A stretch of 43,921 bases of DNA from an uncultured Vampirovibrionales bacterium. Its GTDB lineage: Bacteria; Cyanobacteriota; Vampirovibrionia; Vampirovibrionales; JAJTHC01. Position numbers and translations under genes: made by a program. The notes under the pieces are model-generated. The model was not told the DNA's origin, ran no database searches, and saw nothing but the letters and a program-made list of their open reading frames with translations. Each line of letters begins with the position of its first letter. Within the stretch, counting starts at the first letter, position 1. Location: assembly GCA_964506805.1 (NCBI GenBank), contig CAZDMD010000002.1:1-43921 (forward strand), read 5' to 3'. Of the stretch, positions 16,601-26,150 are shown piece by piece.

Positions 16601-17067
16601 AAGTTCCAGTACACTTCCCATAAACGTTGTTCTGAAATACTTAAAGCCACCGCTACCGCATGTTTACACCATTTATCTTCAATGGCACAATTACACTTGG
16701 GTTCAATGCCTGCGGTGTTAAAGTGCATTTCAGTGGTGTAGCTGGATTTAAAATTCCCCTTGACTTTCGCCACAATACCAAAGGGTTCTAAATCCATACC
16801 CAGCACTTTATTGCCAGCCAAATGCGTTTCAACCCCACGTCGCCAATTGCCTGCCTTGCTTTGATTTTTAATCCACGCATAGGAAATATGAGGAATCGGC
16901 TCTTTCGGCAGATTTTGTTTTTTTTGTGAGACTTGGGCTAAATTCACGCCTTGCGATTTAGGCTTTTTATTTTTGGAGGAAGCACTTTGCTTGCCTTGTT
17001 TTTGCGTTTTGGTCGTCGGTGCGGATTGCGTCGCACGTTGTGAATGTGAAGAGGCAGATTTGGGCAT
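13678..17067 (-). CDS. SNF2-family helicase/ATPase with N-terminal SWIM zinc finger
   Basis: SWIM [12 protein letters not shown]. Helicase motif [11 protein letters not shown], motif II [8 protein letters not shown], C-terminal [37 protein letters not shown]. 1129 aa. Confidence 0.9.
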   Translation of the reverse strand: [1129 protein letters not shown]

Positions 17068-17338
17068 AGCGTTTAAGGTGTCGCCTTCTAGTGCAATAAA
17101 AAATAAAACGTGTGTTGAGAAAATTTTGCTGAGAAAGAGCGTCTGAAGGTTACGCCTTCGCCAAAGCCTTACTCAATAAAATCTCAAAATAATACAGATT
17201 ATTAACCTGACAAACAACGCATCTGCATAAACCACAATTTAGCATTGTTAAAGTGAGAATACTAAAATATCTTCAAATAATCCTTAATTTTAATTGTAAC
17301 ACACTCTAAAAAGAAAATGCTAGCTCTTTTTTCAAAAT

Positions 17339-17785
17339 TTAGACCTCAAACGCAAAAATTTCAGTTGGCTGATCGACTCCTTGAAAGGAGAGTGAAACGT
17401 CTTGCCCGAAAATGCCAAACGCATCGCCTGCTTTGAGCGTTTCGCCATTTACTTCGACGACTCCTGTGGCGACGTGAAACCAAAAACGTTGATGAGACTT
17501 CACCTCAAAGTCGATACCTTCGTTTGCCTCTAAACTCGTGCCGTAAATGCGGGCTTCTTGATAAATCTGTAACGACTGTGCTTCACCTGTACGAGACACA
17601 AGCAGCCACCACCGCCCCCTTTTTTCTTCTGCCGTAAAATAGCGTTCATCGTAAGAAGGTGTCAAACCTTGTACGTTTGGAAAAATCCAAATTTGCAGGA
17701 GGTGCAAAGGGTTTGTATCAGACGGGTTCCATTCACTATGACGAATGCTTGTGCCTGCACTCATCACTTGAACACCGCCTGCTTT
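17339..17785 (-). pseudogene. Pirin-family (YhhW/quercetinase-like) gene lacking about the first 90 codons, broken exactly at a MITE end
   Basis: KAGGVQVMSAGTSIRHSEWNPSDTNPLHLLQIWIFPNVQGLTPSYDERYF aligns with E. coli YhhW residues around PAGEFQIMSAGTGIRHSEYNPS...LYQIWIMPE. Homology starts at 17785 and the MITE starts at 17786. The N-terminal metal-binding His cluster is absent. Confidence 0.75.
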
Positions 17786-17946
17786 TATAGTCTATTAAAG
17801 ATGTTTCCGAACAGTAGACTAGACGAGGAGCTTAGATTATTTTGTGAAAAAGTTTAGAAAATGTGTAGATAGACCTACATGACTGAACAAAATCATCGTA
17901 GCGACAACGTATAGACGCTCTACAAGAAATTATGGAGGCGACTATA
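17786..17946 (-). mobile_element. Full-length MITE-like element (161 bp subfamily), inverted orientation
   Basis: TATAGTCT...CGACTATA with TA flanks. The reverse complement carries the conserved core, with 1 mismatch in 54 versus copy 6187, plus the 11-nt insertion shared with copy 36450. Confidence 0.85.
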
Positions 17947-17979
17947 TCCTAAATTTTTGCTAGCCATTCGTTGTTTTTC

Positions 17980-17988
17980 TGTTATGAT
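17980..17988 (+). promoter_or_regulatory. Candidate extended -10 promoter (TGtTATGAT) for the symporter gene
   Basis: TGnTATGAT lies 45 nt upstream of ATG 18033 and 34 nt from the MITE end. Confidence 0.35.
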
Positions 17989-18032
17989 GTTTTTGTTTTA
18001 AAAAGATCCAGCAAAGCAAAAGAGTGCCGTAT

Positions 18033-19460
18033 ATGTCTAATGCCAATTCACACCATAAACCGAACCGTTTTCACTTGAGTTTAACCACACAGATTTTAAT
18101 AGGGCTTGTGATTGGGCTGAGTATCGGGATTTTTATCCCCGATTTAGGGATGAAGCTCAAGCCTTTTTCAGATTTATTCCTGCGTATGATTAAAATGCTG
18201 ATTGCCCCTTTGTTGATTTCTTCTCTAATTGTGGGTATTGCAGGAGCAGGGGATACCAAAAAAGTAGGCACGCTGGGTTTAAAAACCATTATCTATTTTG
18301 AAATTGCCACCACCTTGGCTTTGGTGATTGGTTTGGGGGTAGCGAATTGGCTCAAACCAGGTGCTGGCGTTGTACTTCAAGCCAACTCAAAAAATATGAC
18401 CGATTTGGCGACTATTGCTCAAAATACACATGTCATGGCAGAACATGGGTTTATGGATAGCATACTGCACATGGTACCCACTAGCATTATAGAGGCTATG
18501 GCGACAGGTAACGTCTTGCAGATGGTGGTGTTTAGCGTCTTTTTTGCCTTAGCCATTATGGCAGCAGGCGATAAGGGAAAACCTGTTCTCAACGGCTTGG
18601 CGAGTTTAAGTGAAATTATGTTCAAGTTCGTCGGTTATGTGATGAACTTTGCACCCATGGGAGTTTTAGCCGCGATTTCGTATGCTGTCGCCTCCAACGG
18701 CTTAGGGATTTTAGGCACTTATGCGAAACTCGCAGGGTCTTTATACTTCGCTTTATTGATTTTTGTAGGCTTGGTGTTATTGACCACTTGCCTAATTATC
18801 AAAGTCCCCTTTATGCGTATGCTTTCAGCCATTAAAGAGCCTTTCATTATTGCGTTTTCAACCGCCAATAGTGAATCCGCCTTGCCTAAAGCGATGAGTA
18901 TTATGGAGCGTTTTGGCGTGCCGAAGCATATTGTTTCTTTTGTCATGCCCACAGGGTATAGCTTTAACTTAGACGGTTCCACGCTTTACTTGGCACTCGC
19001 GACTTTGTTTGTGGCTCAAATGGCAAACATTCAGCTCGATATTTGGCAACAGTTGGCGATTATGGGAACGTTGATGTTGACTTCTAAAGGGGTAGCGGCT
19101 GTCCCACGAGCAAGCCTTGTCATTTTAGCCAGTACCCTTACCATGTACGGCCTACCCATTGAAGGGGTGGCGGTTATTTTAGGAATTGATCACTTTTTAG
19201 ATATGGGACGAACCTCTGTCAATTTGGTAGGTAATTGTGTCGCAACCGCCGTGGTGGCTCGTTGGGAAGGGGTATTTGATGACGCTAAAATGTTGAGTTT
19301 TGACCCAGATGATACGCCCGATCACCTGCCTGAAGCAGAGGATAGGCACCCACCTCAAATCAGTATAGGCGATGACTCGGGAAACGTTAAGAGGGAGGAG
19401 CCAAAAGAATTGAACGCTTTTGCTTCTCCCAATCAAGCCCTAAAAGTTCTCCTGCACTAA
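18033..19460 (+). CDS. Dicarboxylate/amino acid:cation symporter (DAACS family, GltP/DctA-like)
   Basis: Polytopic protein with FVMPTGYSFNLDGSTLY and TSKGVAAVP..SLV motifs typical of the SDF/DAACS family. The ORF track starts at GTG 18024; ATG 18033 is preferred. Confidence 0.88.
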   Translation: MSNANSHHKPNRFHLSLTTQILIGLVIGLSIGIFIPDLGMKLKPFSDLFLRMIKMLIAPLLISSLIVGIAGAGDTKKVGTLGLKTIIYFEIATTLALVIGLGVANWLKPGAGVVLQANSKNMTDLATIAQNTHVMAEHGFMDSILHMVPTSIIEAMATGNVLQMVVFSVFFALAIMAAGDKGKPVLNGLASLSEIMFKFVGYVMNFAPMGVLAAISYAVASNGLGILGTYAKLAGSLYFALLIFVGLVLLTTCLIIKVPFMRMLSAIKEPFIIAFSTANSESALPKAMSIMERFGVPKHIVSFVMPTGYSFNLDGSTLYLALATLFVAQMANIQLDIWQQLAIMGTLMLTSKGVAAVPRASLVILASTLTMYGLPIEGVAVILGIDHFLDMGRTSVNLVGNCVATAVVARWEGVFDDAKMLSFDPDDTPDHLPEAEDRHPPQISIGDDSGNVKREEPKELNAFASPNQALKVLLH

Positions 19461-19484
19461 AGAACAATCGGAAAGGGGATTCTC

Positions 19485-20339
19485 ATGGCTTTGCTTTTAG
19501 ACGGTAAACAAGTGGCTCAATCCGTTTTAGCCCGTTTGACTGAAACAATCGATTCCCTACGACTTCAAGACAAGCGAATACCCCAGTTGGTGGTCATTCA
19601 AGTGGGGGAAGATGCCGCCTCTTCGGTGTACGTCCGTAAGAAAAAAGAAACCGCCGAAGCGGTAGGAATGTTTTCTCGTATTATTCACTTGCCTAATGAT
19701 GTTTCTCAAGCCAGCCTATTAACTGAAATTCAACAGCTGAATGATGATGAACGTGTAGACGGTATTTTAGTGCAGTTGCCTTTGCCTAAACATATGGAAG
19801 AGCTACCTGTGCTAGAATCCATTCGCCCTGATAAAGATGTAGACGGCTTTCATCCCTTTAATGTAGGACGCTTGGCTTCAGGCTTAACGCCTTTTGCCTT
19901 ACCTTGTACTCCTTCTGGCGTGATGAGTATACTTCGCTTTTATGATATTCCATTGGCAGGTCAACACGCCGTCATTGTAGGAAGATCTAACATTGTGGGC
20001 AAACCCATGGCACAATTACTTTTACAAGCCCATGCTACCGTTACGATTTGTCATAGTCGAACCCAAGACTTGGCTCATCACCTTAAGCAAGCTGATTTAG
20101 TCGTGCTGGCAGTGGGTAAACCTCAGGGTTTCACAGGCGATTTATTCAAAAAAGGGGCGATCGTCGTGGATGTTGGCATTAACCGCTTGGCGTCTGGTAA
20201 GCTGGTGGGGGATGCTGATTTTGCCAGCGTCCGAGAAATCGCCTCTGCCATTACGCCTGTTCCGGGTGGAGTGGGACCCATGACCATTGCCACCTTGCTT
20301 GAAAATACGCTTTGTTTATATTCGCAACATACTTGCTAA
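19485..20339 (+). CDS. folD: Bifunctional methylenetetrahydrofolate dehydrogenase/cyclohydrolase
   Basis: LLDGK..A, VGEDAASSVYVRKK, DGILVQLPLP, VDGFHP.N.GRL, PCTP.G, VIVGRSNIVGKPMA, ITPVPGGVGPMT. Confidence 0.95.
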   Translation: MALLLDGKQVAQSVLARLTETIDSLRLQDKRIPQLVVIQVGEDAASSVYVRKKKETAEAVGMFSRIIHLPNDVSQASLLTEIQQLNDDERVDGILVQLPLPKHMEELPVLESIRPDKDVDGFHPFNVGRLASGLTPFALPCTPSGVMSILRFYDIPLAGQHAVIVGRSNIVGKPMAQLLLQAHATVTICHSRTQDLAHHLKQADLVVLAVGKPQGFTGDLFKKGAIVVDVGINRLASGKLVGDADFASVREIASAITPVPGGVGPMTIATLLENTLCLYSQHTC

Positions 20340-20445
20340 ATCCTCCCTTCAGTAGAGCATAATGTAACAAGCGTTTAAGTTTTAACCTTTTTATACGATA
20401 CACTGAATGCGTCCTATCCTATATTGAGCAAGGTCATGTGTATCC

Positions 20446-23007
20446 ATGAAGTACTTCATCGCTCCTAAAACAATCTCTGCCTTTTCTTTAGTGGAAGCCT
20501 CTTTTGTAATTTCGATTTTGGCGATTCTTATTTTACCGATTATGATTCAGCAGGTAAAATTAAACGAAAGTAATCAATCACAAAACCTAGGTAGCCAAGC
20601 ACTAACGGAATCGCAAGCCTTGGTCTCTCTTGCGGATGAGACAAAACGAAACAATTATATTGAGGATATAGCCAGTAAATTAGCGGCGCTTTCTGCAAAA
20701 GGCATCGTGGTCAGTCAAAACCTCGGTGGTGAAGCAGAAATATATAATCCTGCGAATGCGTTGAATCTCGATACTTCATTTTTGGATTCCACCACTGGTG
20801 AGTATGAGTTGCATTTAGAGACGGATGCAACAATGACATTCGGTGAAAAAACGTTTTACATGCAGACTTCTGATACGGGGAACTTTATTCCTGTTTTCAA
20901 TTATGCTTGGAAATTACGAGATCGATCCTTTAATGATCTTGCCAATTTAAATGCAAATACTTCAACAAATACTTCAAGAGGATCTTTTTTAGTCAATGCC
21001 GAACTTGTTATATATCCCGTAGATTATACTCAAGTTCAGAACAATAGTAGCAGTACCGTTACGGCGAGTGCTTCGATGCCTCTTTTAAGTTTAAATAGTC
21101 TTTTTAATTTTCGAGCCAATGCCTTAATCCAAAAGGCAAAAGAAGTATCTCTACAAGCGAATCAAGTCTTACTGACGTTTACCTTTGACTTTAGTGGTGG
21201 GGCATGTCATTTCCCCGCCTCTTCTTATTATAATGAACGCCAAGGAAGAAGAGAACGCTGGGGTATGATTAACCTTATTTCTAGTGTGGATACTGATCCG
21301 TCAAGACCTGGGCGTTATTGTAGTCCTTTTTTAATGCCCAATAATACCAACAATAATGGGGCAAGTGGTACGATTACAGGATCAACGACCACCTTAAATA
21401 GTAGCGATTATGATATTTATTATAATGATGGCAGTTATCAACTCTTCTATGGGGATACGACGAATTCAAAAGTCTCTAAATTAAGTAACTTACCACTAGG
21501 TTCTCTTGCAACGGGAAGCCTGTTTTCTGGTTCCGCTCTTTTGAGTAGTACCAATTTGCCTAACACGAGTTTAACGTACTCGTTGTTAAGACCCAAGCTC
21601 GATGCAGGAGGATTATTTCTCCCCCTCACTTATACGCCCCCGACGGTGGATCCTGAGAGTTCGACATCGTATCAATTTACAAGCCCCGATGTGGGAGACG
21701 TAGACTGGCTGTCTTTAAAAGAAGTTCGATGCAATAATCAAAATTATAATGGATGGGATTCCAGTTCGAGCGATGCCTATGGAGGTCCCACAGCGGGTTC
21801 TTCATTAACCAATTATACGAAAGAGACAGGATATACAAGTTTAGATGCAGGATATACAAGTTTAGATTATTTGAATTTTCAAGCTCCTTTTAATACGAAT
21901 ATCTCACCAAGTTGCACCAGTCCAGATGAATCGTATTATCGGTTTTTACAGCGTGGGTTTGAAAGTAACACAGGGACACCCACTATTTTAAGTACCACTA
22001 ACAAAACATGGTGGGTATTAGAAGGGGCTCGTATGCCCTTTATTGCGGATTACAGCTTGGCATCTCTACCTGCTATCGGTGCGAATAGCCTCGGCTATTT
22101 GGCGCACCCCAATGATACGATTCCAGAGCCACAACGCTGGATTTCAGGTATGGAATGGCAACGTTCTTTAGCCTTAATTACGATGTTTGAATTACTTAAG
22201 AAATCTACAGTAAATACGACCAATACCTTGTACCGAGGACTTTCCGTGGATTTAATCTCTAATCAGTCAAGTGGAAACTCACAATCAAGCGTGGATGACA
22301 ATAACACAACAGGAACGATTCTTTTTAATGGGGCGGATTGGACAAAAGCGGAGTTTAATGCTATTACGAGTACAAATTTCAAAACACTGATGAAAAAACT
22401 ATACAGTATCAATCGGCGTATGCCAACAGCATCGGATCGTACGCTTGCCAAAGGGAAGCAGTATCACTTGAAAGATTCTCTTGAAACGTATGCCGAAGGG
22501 CTTCGTGATGCTGCTCAACTCAAGTGTGCAGATGCAGGTAATACGAGTAGCCACTGTAACAATAAGAAAAACTGGGAGCAATATACCTATTCTAAAATGG
22601 TGAATGTGGTCTTTATTCCAGGTGAAATGTCCGCCGAAGTAAAACATGTGTGGCACAACAGTAGTTATATTAATCAATTTATATATAATTCAACTAGCAC
22701 GAATGATGCCTTTGATCAGGACACCATTGTGAATGCCATCGACGATATAGGCAATAAAGCGTTTAGAAAAAAACAGGTGTATTTGTTTGTGATTCATGGC
22801 AAAGCAAAGCCTTTTTTAATCAGTCATTTCAGCAATAGGGTCATTCCCAAGTTTGAAAGAGAAGACTTTATTGCGAAGCTGGTTGTCGTCGATAATTTAC
22901 AGTCTTTTGCAACCGATTATGTGCCGAATGTACTCATTCCTGAACTGACCAGTTATACCACTGGTGAAAAAACAGAGTCTAATTTCTATAATATAGGTAA
23001 TGAGTAA
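20446..23007 (+). CDS. Very large (853 aa) Asn/Ser/Thr-rich protein with a prepilin-like N-terminus
   Basis: A short basic leader MKYFIAPKTISA is followed by FSLVEASFVISILAILILPIMI. This resembles the type IV pilin class III signal (G/A)|F(T/S)L(I/V)E plus a hydrophobic helix. The rest has no recognised domain. The gene looks A+T-rich by eye. Confidence 0.6.
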   Translation: MKYFIAPKTISAFSLVEASFVISILAILILPIMIQQVKLNESNQSQNLGSQALTESQALVSLADETKRNNYIEDIASKLAALSAKGIVVSQNLGGEAEIYNPANALNLDTSFLDSTTGEYELHLETDATMTFGEKTFYMQTSDTGNFIPVFNYAWKLRDRSFNDLANLNANTSTNTSRGSFLVNAELVIYPVDYTQVQNNSSSTVTASASMPLLSLNSLFNFRANALIQKAKEVSLQANQVLLTFTFDFSGGACHFPASSYYNERQGRRERWGMINLISSVDTDPSRPGRYCSPFLMPNNTNNNGASGTITGSTTTLNSSDYDIYYNDGSYQLFYGDTTNSKVSKLSNLPLGSLATGSLFSGSALLSSTNLPNTSLTYSLLRPKLDAGGLFLPLTYTPPTVDPESSTSYQFTSPDVGDVDWLSLKEVRCNNQNYNGWDSSSSDAYGGPTAGSSLTNYTKETGYTSLDAGYTSLDYLNFQAPFNTNISPSCTSPDESYYRFLQRGFESNTGTPTILSTTNKTWWVLEGARMPFIADYSLASLPAIGANSLGYLAHPNDTIPEPQRWISGMEWQRSLALITMFELLKKSTVNTTNTLYRGLSVDLISNQSSGNSQSSVDDNNTTGTILFNGADWTKAEFNAITSTNFKTLMKKLYSINRRMPTASDRTLAKGKQYHLKDSLETYAEGLRDAAQLKCADAGNTSSHCNNKKNWEQYTYSKMVNVVFIPGEMSAEVKHVWHNSSYINQFIYNSTSTNDAFDQDTIVNAIDDIGNKAFRKKQVYLFVIHGKAKPFLISHFSNRVIPKFEREDFIAKLVVVDNLQSFATDYVPNVLIPELTSYTTGEKTESNFYNIGNE

Positions 23008-23010
23008 AAA

Positions 23011-23048
23011 TATAGTCTTTTCAATAATTTCCCGTCCAGTGTCTATAC
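23011..23048 (+). mobile_element. Truncated MITE copy (left arm plus the first 8 nt of the core)
   Basis: TATAGTCTTTTCAATAATTTCCCGTCCAGTGTCTATAC occupies almost the whole 43-nt gap between the stop at 23005-23007 (+) and the trpC stop at 23051-23053 (-). Confidence 0.6.
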
Positions 23049-23050
23049 GT

Positions 23051-23800
23051 TTAAAACGTCTTCATCAAAGCCGTGCCAATGAGTATCGCATGAGCCAAAT
23101 TTTTCATCGCTTTGGCTTCTTCAAAGGAAGCAAATCCACTGGCGGAAATAATCAGCGTGCCGTCAGGGCAAAGCGGAGCCAACTGCGTCGTCGTTTCCAT
23201 TTCAATTTCAAAGGTGGATAAATTACGGTTGTTAATCAGAATAATCGGCGGACGCACGAGTAAGGCTCGTTTGAGTTCGGCTTCGTTTTGCACTTCCACC
23301 ACAGGACTTAAGCCATAACTACGAATCGCTTCAAACAAGCTCACATACTCAAAATCATCGAGGCATTTCATAATGAGTAACGCTGCATCCGCTCCACTGG
23401 TAACGGCTAGTGCTACTTGGTACAAGTCGATGATGAAATCCTTGCACAGAACAGGTTTGTCTGTGAGTGTTTTCACCTGTTCCAGTAAATCAAAGCCACC
23501 GCCAAAGTAGTGAGCATCCGTCAAGACGGAAATCGCAGAACAACTTTCGTTATACGCCCCGATGATTTTCGCCACATCAGGGGTTTCTTGCAAAACCCCT
23601 GCACTCGGCGACTTGGGCTTCAATTCCCCAATGAGGTGGAGCGAATCCGTTGCTTCACGCAAGGCACGCTCAAAACGAAAGGCATCATCGTCAGGCTTGG
23701 TCTTGGCGACATCGAGCCAATAATCAATCGGCGTTTGGCGTTGCCAGTCGGCGATTTCTCTTCGTTTGTGAGCGACAATTTCATCGAGGATTGTGAACAT
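23051..23800 (-). CDS. trpC: Indole-3-glycerol phosphate synthase
   Basis: ILDEIVAHKRREI, ELKPKSPSAG, SVLTD..YFGG, LCKDFIID.YQV, GADA.LLI, VEV.NE.EL, LINNRNL.TFE. Confidence 0.9.
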   Translation of the reverse strand: MFTILDEIVAHKRREIADWQRQTPIDYWLDVAKTKPDDDAFRFERALREATDSLHLIGELKPKSPSAGVLQETPDVAKIIGAYNESCSAISVLTDAHYFGGGFDLLEQVKTLTDKPVLCKDFIIDLYQVALAVTSGADAALLIMKCLDDFEYVSLFEAIRSYGLSPVVEVQNEAELKRALLVRPPIILINNRNLSTFEIEMETTTQLAPLCPDGTLIISASGFASFEEAKAMKNLAHAILIGTALMKTF

Positions 23801-23817
23801 ACTGTTATCTTGTCATT

Positions 23818-24162
23818 TTAACCAAAATGGGAATAATCATGAGGGGATTTTCTTTTTTGTATTAAAGAGTTGACTTTCCCCTCTATCAATTTAAAATAAG
23901 CCGTTGAAACTCCACCCATTTTTGTTTGTAAAGACTTAAGCTGAGCCAAAAGTTGTTTTAAGGCTGGCACAGACATATTACCCAAACCAAGGTTACACAT
24001 AATTTTATGAGTTTCAATATTTAAACCCGTACCAAGGTTGCGTCTACCAGAACGCTGTAGATTTTCAGACAAAGCAGGCTGCGAAGGAGAGAATGACGCA
24101 GGTGATTGTCTTAAGGGAGCTTGGGCTACAGGGAGAGATGTTAGGGGGAGAGAAAGTTTCAT
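23818..24162 (-). CDS. Hypothetical protein (114 aa)
   Basis: ORF lies 17 nt upstream of trpC on the same strand. The N-terminus is Pro/Ser/Gln-rich. No motif recognised. Confidence 0.4.
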   Translation of the reverse strand: MKLSLPLTSLPVAQAPLRQSPASFSPSQPALSENLQRSGRRNLGTGLNIETHKIMCNLGLGNMSVPALKQLLAQLKSLQTKMGGVSTAYFKLIEGKVNSLIQKRKSPHDYSHFG

Positions 24163-24202
24163 GATTTATCATCCTTTATTACATGTATTAACTAACTAAA
24201 CA

Positions 24203-24243
24203 GAAAAATATGAGGGGGGGGATAGACAGAGAGAAATCCCCCC
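24203..24243 (-). terminator. Candidate intrinsic terminator downstream of gap
   Basis: An 8-bp G/C-rich stem GGGGGGAT/ATCCCCCC (24216-24223 / 24236-24243) with a 12-nt loop. On the minus strand it is followed by CCTCATATTTTTCTG. Confidence 0.45.
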
Positions 24244-24256
24244 TAGAACCAAAAAA

Positions 24257-25333
<1,077 letters not shown>

Positions 25334-25391
25334 CTATCACAAGTAAATCCTAGTACAAAGGCACTAAAAAGAAAAGCCTTTTTCGATATTT

Positions 25392-26042
25392 TTAAAAATC
25401 ACCTTGCCAAAGTCCTTTTTGAAGGTCTTTCGCCACGATTTCAATTGCTTTCATTTGGGCTTCATGCTTGTAGTTCGGGGAATAAATCATCACCTTCGCC
25501 AGTCCCTCTTCTAAAAGCAATTCATTCACACTTTTGCCTCCTTGGGGTGTCAAGTACACCCACGCCAACGTGCGACCGTAGCGATCCCTGACCTTTTTAT
25601 CAAATTCTAAATACACCGTTTTCCTATTCGTTGTGTTTTGGGTATAGGCTTTGGCTTCTAAGCCAAAGGGCTGGGGTTCTCCGCTAGGGTTACGAGAGGA
25701 CTTCTTCGTTTCGGGGGTATCCACTTGCAGGAGGCGTATTTTTTCATGCGGACGCTCAATTCGACCGTTTTGGTTCAAATCGCAGGCAATGGTGTCTCCG
25801 TCGATCACGTCTAACACTTGGCAAGGGGTGCGTTGTAAAGCATGATGAGGCGTTGACGGGTTATTGTTTTGATTAGGCGTTTCAAGCACTGGCACTTGAA
25901 ACGACGAGGAAGATTGCTTTGGTGAGTCGTCTTGAAACCATGTTGGCCACTCATCCGACAGAAAGAGTAGAACCGCAAGCAAAAAAATGAATAAAGCAGT
26001 GGAACGATTCAGACGTTTTTTCGCACTAATTTTCACAGCCAT
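25392..26042 (-). CDS. Membrane-anchored thermonuclease (staphylococcal nuclease/SNase-like)
   Basis: An N-terminal TM (ALFIFLLAVLLFL) and a Ser/Pro/Asn linker are followed by VIDGDTI...IRLLQVDTPE...YGRTLAWVY...NELLLEEGLAKV, the SNase-fold signature. Confidence 0.8.
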   Translation of the reverse strand: MAVKISAKKRLNRSTALFIFLLAVLLFLSDEWPTWFQDDSPKQSSSSFQVPVLETPNQNNNPSTPHHALQRTPCQVLDVIDGDTIACDLNQNGRIERPHEKIRLLQVDTPETKKSSRNPSGEPQPFGLEAKAYTQNTTNRKTVYLEFDKKVRDRYGRTLAWVYLTPQGGKSVNELLLEEGLAKVMIYSPNYKHEAQMKAIEIVAKDLQKGLWQGDF

Positions 26043-26093
26043 TGTAATGCAGCCTCTTGTTCAGCCTTTTCTTTAAACGATAGGATTACTCTT

Positions 26094-26121
26094 CTACGTC
26101 GTCTCGTGTACGTCGTCTCGT
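26094..26121. repeat. Perfect tandem duplication, 2 x 14 bp (TACGTCGTCTCGTG)
   Basis: Direct reading of the sequence. It lies 52-79 nt upstream of the thermonuclease start codon, on the opposite strand. Confidence 0.9.
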
Positions 26122-26150
26122 GTGAAGATTTTAGCATATTTTAAGTATTT

